A program made the position numbers and the translations under genes. 64,000 bases of DNA from assembly GCA_023664385.1 (NCBI GenBank), contig JAMPFU010000012.1:12117-76116 (forward strand), in the 5' to 3' direction. The DNA is from Clostridium sp. (GTDB lineage: Bacteria; Bacillota; Clostridia; Lachnospirales; Lachnospiraceae). Below are positions 1 through 8,884 of the stretch, in pieces. Positions within the stretch are counted from its first letter, which is position 1, and each line of letters opens with the position of its first letter. The notes under the pieces were generated by a model that saw only the letters and a program-made list of their open reading frames with translations, was not told where the DNA came from and searched no databases.

Positions 1-3000
1 AGCAGCGCAAATATCGGCTCCCATATATACACATCCTTTGCAGCGCCAAAGGGATTGTCAATAAATATTGTCTTTGTCCGTATCTCCTCATTTCCAAGCT
101 GATACATGCCTGAAATGTAATTGATAATGGACACAAGGAACTGTATGTAGATACCCTGGGATTGTCCCGTGCTTCCAACAGCCTCCTCATATTTTAAATA
201 CCTGCTCTGCTCCTTGATGCGTTCCCGCTTATAAAGGCTCAGCTTTATTTTGTTCATGTCCGTCACGATAACGCCAAAAAGCTTTTTCAGTGCAAGGCTG
301 CCCCTTATAAATTTAATACGCTCCCTGTCATTTTCATAATCATCAGCCTGCGATACGATACCGTCAATGTAATCGGACATTCTCTGCTTTAAAAATTCAT
401 CCTTGACGTACGGTATTGTAAGCCCTACCATCTGTACTGCCTCATCGTCAACCATAATTCTCGAAAGTTTCGGCAGTTTATCAAGCTCTGTACGGACGTC
501 CATGCATCTCTGTAAGCACTGCTCCTCAAAGTTTGCCTTTATGGTTTCCATGTCAACAAGACTTTTTTCAATCCTGTCCCTCTCAAGCCTTATGTAATCG
601 ACTATGGATTTCAGGTTGTCCATAAGCTCCTTGGCTGCATCATAGGTATCAGGTATGATAACATCATTTCTTATGGTTGCCGCAAGCTCGTAAACCTCCA
701 TCTCGTCCAGTGAAACGGCAGTATTACCCTTAAATTTCAACAGCTCGCTTTTCGCCTTTTCCAAGGACTTACGGCTTCTATCGTAGGCTAAAAGGTTGTC
801 CTCAAAGATTCCTCTCAGCTTATCCTTATTCTCCGAAACAGGCTTTGCATGCTCTAAGCTTATATCATTTGTGACAATGATACGCTTCACATCCTTATAC
901 AGATCAAGCATATATCCCTGCTGCTTTGCATAATTCCGATACTGCTCATCACACTGCTTCGCCTCCGCCTCAAGACGTTCCAGCACCTCCTGACCGTTTT
1001 TCAGGTTTGTGACGATTTCAGATGCAGTTGCACTCTGCTCCTCATAGCTTCCAAATGCCGCCTCAATATTGCTGATGGCGTATTCTATGCTGCCCTCCAG
1101 CCTGCTTGCCGCAGCCTCCACTTCCTTTTTCTTATCCTGAAATGTTTTTAATCTCGCTTTTTGTTTTTCAATGTTCTCCTTGCAGTCTGCCAGCATTTTA
1201 TCATTTGAGGAATAGATTTGGTTGTTTTTCTCCTGCTCCTTTAAATCATCAACGCTGATTCCTCTTTTTTCAATCGCCTTGAGCGTTCTGTCCATTGCAT
1301 GTTTCAAGGTTTCCATAATAAGCTTTTTATCCTCAATGGTCTTTATCTCATCCCTGCCCTCGTCAAGCATCGCCGTAAACCTTGCCTTTATGTCGTCATC
1401 GCTTAACGTAAGCACGTCGCAAGGCTTATCAATGTTATAGTACGGCTTGTAGTGTACCTCCCATTCCGTAACCAAATCCTGAAGCTTTTTCTCGAGTGCC
1501 TCAAGATTTGCAACAGCCTCCTCATCAGCCCTTGAGCCGTCCTCGATGGCGGCTGTCAATCCTCTAATTTCTCCCTCAAGCCTGTCTATGTTTTTCTTAC
1601 ATTCATCGACAGTTTTTTCCTTTTCCTCCACCAAGGCAGAAAGTCTCGTTATGGTGTCAAGCCTTCCGACATCTCCAAGCTTTTCCTCATAGCGTGCCGT
1701 AAGCTCCTCCTGCTCCTGCTCCAAAGCCTTTATTCCATGCTTGATGTCCTTATTTTTCTCCTGGCAGGCAGCAATGTCCGAATCCTGCTCATACATCAGA
1801 CGTCTTGCATCACGAAGCTTGCGTGCCGCATCCATAAGCTCGCTCTCCTGCATACGGATGATAAACTGCTGGTCCTGCCTGTAGGTTGCAAGCATTTCCT
1901 CCTTAAATTCAAGCTTCAAGGCAAGCTCCTTAATGTTGCCTTCCTCCTCCTCAAGCAGCTTTACCCTTGTCTCCTCACTTGTGAGAAATTCTGCATCTGC
2001 ACGTATGCTCAAAACATTTTCTCCCACAATGAAAGCCTTTTCCAAAATAGCGTCCATATCAAATATATTCACCATTTCACTGCCTGTATCGACCCCTGAA
2101 ATATTAGGGTCATCCCTTATAATATCATATTCCTGCACAAGCAAGCCATATGGAAGCTCAGGGTTAATTTCCAAAAGCTCCCTCTGTTTATCCTGTGGAA
2201 GCGCAGAAATGTAATCCATGCCGTACATAGCCTGTATGCCATGTCTTCTCTCAAGATAATCCATAAGCTTCTTTGCAGCGGCAGAAACAGGAATAATCCT
2301 GCCCTCCGAAAGATTTTTTACCCTTTTTTTGTGCCGTTTCATCTCATCGGCAATGGCAGCATTTTCAAGCACGGTGGAGGTAATCCGTTCGGTGATTACC
2401 GTAAGCAGCTCCTCCCCGCCTGAAGCATAAACCGTCTTTATGTTGTCAAGCTTTTGGCTTGCCTCATTATACTGCTTTTCCTTCGCTTCAAGGGCTTCTA
2501 TCAGCTTATCATTTTCAGCCTTGGCAGCCTCGAGCCTTGAAAGCTCAAGCCTCGCCTCACTAAGCCTTTCATTGCTCTCCTTGATTTTTGCCGCCTTGTC
2601 AGAAATTTTCCATGCCAAATCCTTTCTGTCCTCGTCAAGCTGCTCCCTGTGCTCTCCAAAGGTGGCAAAGTTTAAATTGCTCATGGACATTTTAAGTCCT
2701 GCAAGCTGCTCGCTCAAGGAAACGATTTCATCATCGCATGCCTTCTTGATATTTACGGAAACAGCCTGCTCCACCCTTGCCTCCTGAAGCAGCCGCTGTT
2801 TATTTTCGACATTTTCCTGTTTTTCCTTCATCTGCGCTTTAATCACGTCAATCTTTTCCTGCACGATTGCCATGGAGGCATCCATCCGCATTTTGATGTT
2901 GTAGGCATAAGTATGAAGCATATCCTGGTCAAAGGGAGACTGTGCCGTTATCGTCTTCAGCATGGCGTCATGCCTGTGATATTTTTTTCTGTCGGACATA

Positions 3001-4193
3001 TAATCTATATATTCATTCATGCCCTCCTTAAAATTCAAATCATCGGTAAGCTCCTTCAGCTTATCCTCCGTCTCCTTTATGGCAGCCTCCACCTGTCCGA
3101 GATTATCGTACAGCTCGGACAGCTTATTCTTATCCCTTGCCACCTTAAGACATTCCATATATTTTCTCTGCTCATCCTTCTGCGTGCGCTTTTCGTCCCG
3201 AAGTCCTGCAAGCTCTGCCATTTTTTCCTCGTCATCCTTTGCAAACTCCTCGCCTGTAACGCATATGGCAGCCATAAGGCTTTCAAGACGGCTGAGCTCC
3301 TCATACAAATCCATAAATGAGCCTACCTTGTCGGAAAGCACGCCTACAAGCTCCATCTGACGGTCATAGCCCGCCATGTCCTTCTTCTTTTTTGCAAGTA
3401 TGGTAAGCTGCTCACGTATATCCATAAGCATTCTTGCCATAGCATCATCGCCTGTATCTTCACGCTGGGTTTTTACCATAAATGCCTTCTCAATGATTTC
3501 CTCTATGAGCAAATCCTCAACAACACGCCTTGTTGTTTTGTAATTATTTTCAAAATATGTTCTTACATGACCCTCAGTTTTATTGATGCCCCTTATAATC
3601 TCCCACTGGCTTTCGTGAAGCCCATAGCCGCTGATAAACCTCTGATACTCGCCCTTTCTGTCAAACACCCTTACCATAAGGGACATATCCTTATGCTCCA
3701 GGTCCTTTAAATAGGTTCTAAGCCCCTGAAAGCTGACCCGCTCGCCATTTTTTACGAGGGGAAGATTTATAATGTCATTTTTATTGTACTCCCTGTAAAA
3801 AATACAGTAATTAAAATATTCCACCGATGCAACGTCCTTTGACGTCTCGGTGTCGTCCCCTGCCTCCTTTGCCTTTCTGGCGCAAAAGCCTGTCGTCATA
3901 TATCTGTAGCCCTCTGTGCTGTCCTCCTTGTCAAGCCTCCATTCCACGAGAGAGTGAATTGTCGTATTTCCGTTTCCCGTCCTGAATAATTTTTCTATGG
4001 GCTGCTTCTCATCCAAGGTACAATTTGGTATCATGTTCTGCATAAGGAGAAGCATAAGCACGCTTTTTCCTCCACCGTTTGCCAAATCGTAGAGGGTGTT
4101 TTTTCCGTACATTCTCATGGTGAAATCGTCATAAAACTGGGTGCCGAAATTATATTTTACATTATTTACCCTTATTCTGTTTATACTAGGCAT
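1..4193 (-). CDS. SMC/MukB-like coiled-coil ABC-type ATPase; 3' end lies outside the window (>=1397 codons visible). Candidate JetC/MksF/MukB-type subunit
   Basis: Manual reverse-complement translation. The ATG at 4193 is preceded by GGGAGGTG and overlaps the stop of the upstream gene (ATGCCTAG). The N-terminus carries a P-loop-like motif, 'YDLANGGGKSVLM'. More than 1000 aa of E/K/L/Q-rich coiled-coil-like sequence follow; the + strand shows only Ser-rich shadow ORFs. Near position 150-1 there is a signature-like motif 'VGSTGQSQG', then 'TIFIDNPFGAAKD' (Walker B plus D-loop geometry as in MukB 'LSTGE...LLFLDEAARLD'). No stop codon occurs before position 1. Confidence 0.65.
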   Translation of the reverse strand, partial: MPSINRIRVNNVKYNFGTQFYDDFTMRMYGKNTLYDLANGGGKSVLMLLLMQNMIPNCTLDEKQPIEKLFRTGNGNTTIHSLVEWRLDKEDSTEGYRYMTTGFCARKAKEAGDDTETSKDVASVEYFNYCIFYREYNKNDIINLPLVKNGERVSFQGLRTYLKDLEHKDMSLMVRVFDRKGEYQRFISGYGLHESQWEIIRGINKTEGHVRTYFENNYKTTRRVVEDLLIEEIIEKAFMVKTQREDTGDDAMARMLMDIREQLTILAKKKKDMAGYDRQMELVGVLSDKVGSFMDLYEELSRLESLMAAICVTGEEFAKDDEEKMAELAGLRDEKRTQKDEQRKYMECLKVARDKNKLSELYDNLGQVEAAIKETEDKLKELTDDLNFKEGMNEYIDYMSDRKKYHRHDAMLKTITAQSPFDQDMLHTYAYNIKMRMDASMAIVQEKIDVIKAQMKEKQENVENKQRLLQEARVEQAVSVNIKKACDDEIVSLSEQLAGLKMSMSNLNFATFGEHREQLDEDRKDLAWKISDKAAKIKESNERLSEARLELSRLEAAKAENDKLIEALEAKEKQYNEASQKLDNIKTVYASGGEELLTVITERITSTVLENAAIADEMKRHKKRVKNLSEGRIIPVSAAAKKLMDYLERRHGIQAMYGMDYISALPQDKQRELLEINPELPYGLLVQEYDIIRDDPNISGVDTGSEMVNIFDMDAILEKAFIVGENVLSIRADAEFLTSEETRVKLLEEEEGNIKELALKLEFKEEMLATYRQDQQFIIRMQESELMDAARKLRDARRLMYEQDSDIAACQEKNKDIKHGIKALEQEQEELTARYEEKLGDVGRLDTITRLSALVEEKEKTVDECKKNIDRLEGEIRGLTAAIEDGSRADEEAVANLEALEKKLQDLVTEWEVHYKPYYNIDKPCDVLTLSDDDIKARFTAMLDEGRDEIKTIEDKKLIMETLKHAMDRTLKAIEKRGISVDDLKEQEKNNQIYSSNDKMLADCKENIEKQKARLKTFQDKKKEVEAAASRLEGSIEYAISNIEAAFGSYEEQSATASEIVTNLKNGQEVLERLEAEAKQCDEQYRNYAKQQGYMLDLYKDVKRIIVTNDISLEHAKPVSENKDKLRGIFEDNLLAYDRSRKSLEKAKSELLKFKGNTAVSLDEMEVYELAATIRNDVIIPDTYDAAKELMDNLKSIVDYIRLERDRIEKSLVDMETIKANFEEQCLQRCMDVRTELDKLPKLSRIMVDDEAVQMVGLTIPYVKDEFLKQRMSDYIDGIVSQADDYENDRERIKFIRGSLALKKLFGVIVTDMNKIKLSLYKRERIKEQSRYLKYEEAVGSTGQSQGIYIQFLVSIINYISGMYQLGNEEIRTKTIFIDNPFGAAKDVYIWEPIFAL

Positions 4194-4899
4194 CGGCTTC
4201 ACCTCCCAGCACCTTATATATCCTGCCCTTATACTCCTCAAAATAATTTTCCGCTATCGCCTTAAACCGCTTTGTAGGATAATATCTGTCCTCGACCTCC
4301 ACAAAAAGCTTCTGTGCCACAAGGAAATTAAAGGTAAGCTTAATGTAGCCTATGCGGGATGCCCTTGACGCCCTGTTTTTATCCTTGTCGTCAGAGGTTA
4401 CGGCGGGAAGCTCGTCCCACAAAAGGGCGATTGTCTTAAAGCTGTCCTCCTCAAGCTCATTCATGGAATAAACCGACAAATCGGACGTAATTCTTGAAAG
4501 ATAGGAGCTGACCTGCTCGAGCATATCGGAAAGCTTCACATACTCCTTCACCTGATATGCGGCAGAGTCCTGATAAAAGGAAAGCAGGGCATTGTACATA
4601 ATAAAATATACCATGTAAAGCTCCTTGTTTACCCGAAGTCCCAATAGTCTTTTCATATCGTCATTGGTGTACCCGAAGATACGGTTTCCGTCCCCTGCCG
4701 TTATGTATATGGAATCCTCATATTCATAAACATTCAGATTGAGCTTTTTCATCAGTCGGTTTGTAATGTCGTAAACTGCCTGATTGCCGTAATATTCCTC
4801 GTAAAGCTCCCTTGTATCAGCATTGGAACGGGACACCTCCTGCCCTGTTATCAGTGTGGAATATATATCCAGTGCTTTTTCAAGACTTTTTTCCTCCAT
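4186..4899 (-). CDS. Hypothetical 237-aa protein. Size and position match a KITE subunit (MukE/JetB-like), but there is no motif-level evidence
   Basis: ORF-track ORF. Its stop codon overlaps the start of the SMC-like gene, and its start abuts the stop of the 524-aa gene (4899/4902). The identity rests on gene order and size only. Confidence 0.35.
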   Translation of the reverse strand: MEEKSLEKALDIYSTLITGQEVSRSNADTRELYEEYYGNQAVYDITNRLMKKLNLNVYEYEDSIYITAGDGNRIFGYTNDDMKRLLGLRVNKELYMVYFIMYNALLSFYQDSAAYQVKEYVKLSDMLEQVSSYLSRITSDLSVYSMNELEEDSFKTIALLWDELPAVTSDDKDKNRASRASRIGYIKLTFNFLVAQKLFVEVEDRYYPTKRFKAIAENYFEEYKGRIYKVLGGEADA

Positions 4900-4901
4900 G
4901 T

Positions 4902-6476
4902 CTACCCGTTCCTCCTCTCAAAAACCATATCCGTTACAAACGCATTATCCTCCACATTTTCCACCGAAGCATCTGCGGGCATGAGATTGATAATCTCATC
5001 ACTGCGGGGTTCTACGGAAAATGACAGATCCCGAAACCTTATTATGTCCTCCTCCGACATATGTGTGACGACCATTTCCTCAAGCATGGTGTCCTGCTTT
5101 TCAAGCATTTTTTCAATGTCGTAGCTGTTCTTTCCTGCCAAATGTGCCAAAAAAGAGTAATAATCCCTGTTGGAATATATTTCATTTCCAAACTTTATTT
5201 CAAGAATACCGTTAAACTGCTTCAAATCTATTTTTTCCCACTTTTTAATCTGGTCTAACAGCTCCATAAATAACATATAGAAATTTTTTCCAATCTTTGC
5301 GTCCAATATCTCGTCATCGTATTTAAAATCAGGGTCGAGGGCATTTTTTTCCAATTTTTCTCCCTTATCCTTATCATCATTTTTCAACGAAAGCATATTG
5401 TCGATGCTTTTTATGGAAAATGACTTGTTAAGCTTCGGTGCAAAAAAAGGCATGAGCACATGTGCCATATCTGCGGGCTTATCCCGTTCCATCAGCTTGG
5501 ACATCATCTGCCTGAAATCAAATACGGGCCGAAGCTTCCGAAGCTTTGCCCTGCTGATTATGGAATCTGCAAGCTTTGTAAGCTCCACCGTTTCAGAAAT
5601 AAGCTGACTGTGATTATATATGGTTTTTTTTAGCTCCGTCTCAAGACTGCTGATGTCCTCCAATGTTTTCGACCTTAGTCCCTGTGTTCCTTCCCCGCTT
5701 TTCTCATAGCCGGCTCGCTCTATCGCCTTATCCACCAGCGCCTTGTTTTTTGCAAAAAGCTTCTGCTCGTCACTAAACCATTTTGCAGTCGTTTCCATGT
5801 ACTGCTCATATGCTCTTGTTCCCTCAAATACATCCACACTAAGAAGCTTCAAAACATTTTCTTTTTCAAGGGAAAGCTGCTTTACCTGACTGTTAATCCG
5901 CTTTACAACGTCAATGCCGCCCTTAAAATTATTTGAGCTTATGAGCTTCTCCAAAAGGAGTTGGGAAATGTTAATCCTGCTCTCGTCCTTTATCTCCTTT
6001 GTATCAAGATAAAACTCGATGCCCTCGGAGGTTATGTAATAGTAAACGGAGCCGTTTTCCACCCTGCTGTCGATAAGCTTCACTCTCGCTATTTTTCCTG
6101 TCTTTGCTTCAGGGTCATAAAATTTAAACTCAAATGCCCTTCCGTCATTTTTCAGCTTGTCAAATATGTAAAGCACAAGCTGTTTTTCCTCCTCAGGCTC
6201 CTCCTCAATATCAAAATCCCTCCGCAGCAGCTCCGTGAGAAATTTCTCGTACTCCTCGTAGGTAATGTCTTTTTCATGGAAATTATTTTCGTTGATGAAA
6301 AATCTTAAAGATGCCATAGTAATATAGCCCATGTCAAGGAGACTATATTTTCCCTCCTTATATTGGGAAAACGTAGTCTCGCTTAGCACAAAGAACGGAT
6401 AATATTTTTTCAGGTTCTGCATTCTCGTACTGTGCTCTGATATTATTTCATTTATCATCACATGTTTTAATGCCAT
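4902..6476 (-). CDS. Hypothetical 524-aa protein with no P-loop. Size and position match a kleisin (MukF/JetA-like), but this is an inference
   Basis: ORF-track ORF, 20 nt downstream of the vWA gene. Acidic/coiled segments are present and there is no GKS/T motif. The assignment rests on synteny with the 237-aa and SMC-like genes. Confidence 0.35.
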   Translation of the reverse strand: MALKHVMINEIISEHSTRMQNLKKYYPFFVLSETTFSQYKEGKYSLLDMGYITMASLRFFINENNFHEKDITYEEYEKFLTELLRRDFDIEEEPEEEKQLVLYIFDKLKNDGRAFEFKFYDPEAKTGKIARVKLIDSRVENGSVYYYITSEGIEFYLDTKEIKDESRINISQLLLEKLISSNNFKGGIDVVKRINSQVKQLSLEKENVLKLLSVDVFEGTRAYEQYMETTAKWFSDEQKLFAKNKALVDKAIERAGYEKSGEGTQGLRSKTLEDISSLETELKKTIYNHSQLISETVELTKLADSIISRAKLRKLRPVFDFRQMMSKLMERDKPADMAHVLMPFFAPKLNKSFSIKSIDNMLSLKNDDKDKGEKLEKNALDPDFKYDDEILDAKIGKNFYMLFMELLDQIKKWEKIDLKQFNGILEIKFGNEIYSNRDYYSFLAHLAGKNSYDIEKMLEKQDTMLEEMVVTHMSEEDIIRFRDLSFSVEPRSDEIINLMPADASVENVEDNAFVTDMVFERRNG

Positions 6477-6495
6477 TATCGCACCGGTATCTTTC

Positions 6496-8154
6496 CTACA
6501 ACTGACTGTTGAATAAGCTCTTTATCTTGTAAATAATATCCTCACTGTCCGCATTAATGCTGGCAGCTTCGTTAATTCCTGACACGTTCTGTAGCTCATT
6601 TGTATCTGCATCATTGCCATATCCGATTGTGTAAATTGGTATCTTTGCATTTGCAATTGTGCCCTTTATATTATCTAAATGCAGCTCACCGTTTGCATAG
6701 CCATCGGACAGAAGGATAATCATACATTTCGCATCAGGATTTTCCTCATGCTTTTTCTGCACCATATCTATCGCCACAACTAAAGCCTCATAGGTGTACG
6801 TGCTTCCCGAAGCCCGAAGTCCGTCAATGGCACCCTGAAAATAACTTCTCTGATTAAAATCAAACGGTGCAATCGGAAGCTCGATTGTCACATCGGATGA
6901 ATAGCTTACCATGCCAATGTAATTGTTGTCATTGATATACTTGGCACCGTTGGACAGACTGTATTTAAGCTGCTGCATCGGCTCGCCGTCCATGCTGCCT
7001 GAGCAGTCAGCAACAAATACTGCTATAATGTCATTTCCACTATCCTTGTGTCTTTTGTATACCTCCAACGCCTGAACAATCTCGGAGCCGCTTGTCGTAT
7101 AGTCATCCTGATAGTCGTCATTGGCATTAAATCCATTTCTTGTGGCTATCGCCTGAACATCACTGCTAAGCAGATAATCCTTAACGATATCCATTGCCGC
7201 GATTTCCTGTGGCGACTTGTTGTTTTTATTAACAATATAAAGCGGGTTGTCATGTCTTGCACCAAATGGTATAAAATCATATTGGCTTACAAGATTTTTG
7301 TCATTTATATACGCCTGATACTCTGACACAATCGCATCAAAATTCCCCTTTCCTGCACTGTCACGCATCTGCTGGGTTGTATATGCAATGTAAGGAATGT
7401 TGCCGTTAAAGGTCGAAAATGCTTCTATTGCCGTATCGCTGAACATATTGCTCTCGTCTGAGGTTTTCAAAATCTCAATGAGAAGATTAAGTCCTGTTGC
7501 ACTTGTCTGTGGATTTGTATATCCCAAATTAAGCTTTCCCGTTTTTACATCATTGATTACGCTATTTACATCTGTGTAGCCCGAATCCTTTTTCACCAGT
7601 ATTCCTGCCGTATTTCCTACAAGACGGTCTGCAAGCATGTCAAGCTTTGCTCCGCCCGCCTTCGCAAAATCTCCAAACAATTCATTGGACGGTGTATACA
7701 AATCAGGATAATATCTTCCTGAACGGATGTAGTCCGCAGCAAGCCCTGAGCTTACCGAGCGCACCGAAATACTTATAGTTTCTCCACTTTCAAGCGTATA
7801 GCCCCCTGCATTAAATTTTTCCGCAGCTTCTATCAGAAAATTGTCCGTATCCTGACCTGCTTTTTCTCCGGAAGTAAATATCTCAATGTCAATGTCGCCA
7901 TAGCCCTGTACTGCAAGGGGATATTTATCAATACTTGGAAGCTCGTCATACAGCGTATCGTCCTCAAGTGATATGGTACCCTTTTTCGGTGTTGCCTCTG
8001 TAACGCTTATATCCTCAAGCAGCTCATCAACAGGTCTGTCATCCCGTTCTTTTTTGTCAGAAATATTTTTTGTCAGCAGTGCCATAATAATGCCTGCCAT
8101 TAACATTACTACGATAACACCACAGAATACTATTTTCTTTCCGTCGTTGTTCAT
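6496..8154 (-). CDS. Membrane-anchored protein with an extracytoplasmic solute-binding-like region and a C-terminal von Willebrand factor A (vWA) domain
   Basis: A single N-terminal TM segment ('IVFCGVIVVMLMAGIIMALL'). A MIDAS-type motif 'VFVADCSGSMDG', followed by 'YSSDV...', 'ASGSTYTYEAL' and 'ILLSDGYANG', is typical of vWA domains. The SD AAGGGAGGA lies upstream of the ATG at 8154. Confidence 0.6.
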   Translation of the reverse strand: MNNDGKKIVFCGVIVVMLMAGIIMALLTKNISDKKERDDRPVDELLEDISVTEATPKKGTISLEDDTLYDELPSIDKYPLAVQGYGDIDIEIFTSGEKAGQDTDNFLIEAAEKFNAGGYTLESGETISISVRSVSSGLAADYIRSGRYYPDLYTPSNELFGDFAKAGGAKLDMLADRLVGNTAGILVKKDSGYTDVNSVINDVKTGKLNLGYTNPQTSATGLNLLIEILKTSDESNMFSDTAIEAFSTFNGNIPYIAYTTQQMRDSAGKGNFDAIVSEYQAYINDKNLVSQYDFIPFGARHDNPLYIVNKNNKSPQEIAAMDIVKDYLLSSDVQAIATRNGFNANDDYQDDYTTSGSEIVQALEVYKRHKDSGNDIIAVFVADCSGSMDGEPMQQLKYSLSNGAKYINDNNYIGMVSYSSDVTIELPIAPFDFNQRSYFQGAIDGLRASGSTYTYEALVVAIDMVQKKHEENPDAKCMIILLSDGYANGELHLDNIKGTIANAKIPIYTIGYGNDADTNELQNVSGINEAASINADSEDIIYKIKSLFNSQL

Positions 8155-8173
8155 TTATGTATCCTCCCTTTTA

Positions 8174-8788
8174 TTATATACTTGTTTTTTCCTTTGTATC
8201 AGAAGCATTGACCGTATAATCGGATTTTCCCAGCTCCTGCTTTTTTACCTCCTCAAGGCAATTCAGCAGGTCATCCACATATGCCATGTCAAGCGTCGTT
8301 AAATTTGTATCTATGTCAACAATCTGTTCCACAAGCCTGTTGAATTTCCCTACGAGAACATCTCCCTGCTTGCACAAATTATCTAAATATACCGGATTGG
8401 GTCTTGTGTAATAATCATAGGTTTCTATGTATGCCGCAGCACTATCCATATTAGAATGCATCTGCTCAAGGATTTTATAATACATGTCCTTCATGCTGTC
8501 TTCCGTATTATCTGCAAAAAAATCCTCTCTTGATTTTATGCTCTCGTATTGTCTGCTTATGGCATCAACCTGTTTTTTAAAAACTCCCTTTCTATCGCTG
8601 TCCTTAAGCTTTTCCTTTGCTTTCTGTCCCTTTAAAAGCATAAGATTTGCTCCAATTGTATAAATAAGCCACACAGCCGTAAAAGCAATGCTGACGCCCA
8701 CGCCGATGGTGTTTTTGAATACAGACAGCATAAGCAATATAATGATAAACATAATAGCGCTGATTGCATTAACTGCTAAAAAATTCAT
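8174..8788 (-). CDS. Small membrane protein (204 aa from the internal ATG): two TM helices followed by a charged coiled-coil-like cytoplasmic region
   Basis: The ORF-track ORF starts at 8959. I favour the in-frame ATG at 8788 ('MNFLAVNAISAIMFIIILLML...') because it is preceded by AAGGAGA. This gene is the first of the five-gene operon. Confidence 0.45.
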   Translation of the reverse strand: MNFLAVNAISAIMFIIILLMLSVFKNTIGVGVSIAFTAVWLIYTIGANLMLLKGQKAKEKLKDSDRKGVFKKQVDAISRQYESIKSREDFFADNTEDSMKDMYYKILEQMHSNMDSAAAYIETYDYYTRPNPVYLDNLCKQGDVLVGKFNRLVEQIVDIDTNLTTLDMAYVDDLLNCLEEVKKQELGKSDYTVNASDTKEKTSI

Positions 8789-8850
8789 ATGTAGTATATT
8801 CTCCTTACACAATATGATGTAATATGTAATTGCGAAACTATGTTTTTTAG

Positions 8851-8880
8851 ATAATACGTTGTTCAAAATGTATAATTCAA
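8851..8880 (-). promoter_or_regulatory. Candidate sigma-A promoter for the five-gene operon: TTGAAT-N18-TATTAT on the minus strand
   Basis: Reverse complement of 8851-8880 read by eye. It lies about 60 nt upstream of the 8788 start. Confidence 0.3.
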
Positions 8881-8884
8881 TGCA

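Noticed and set aside
403-3360. Multiple + strand ORFs of 60-135 aa (Ser/Leu-rich) listed in the ORF track
   Set aside because: They are antisense shadows of the E/K/L-rich coiled-coil region of the minus-strand SMC-like gene. They have low-complexity composition and no RBS.
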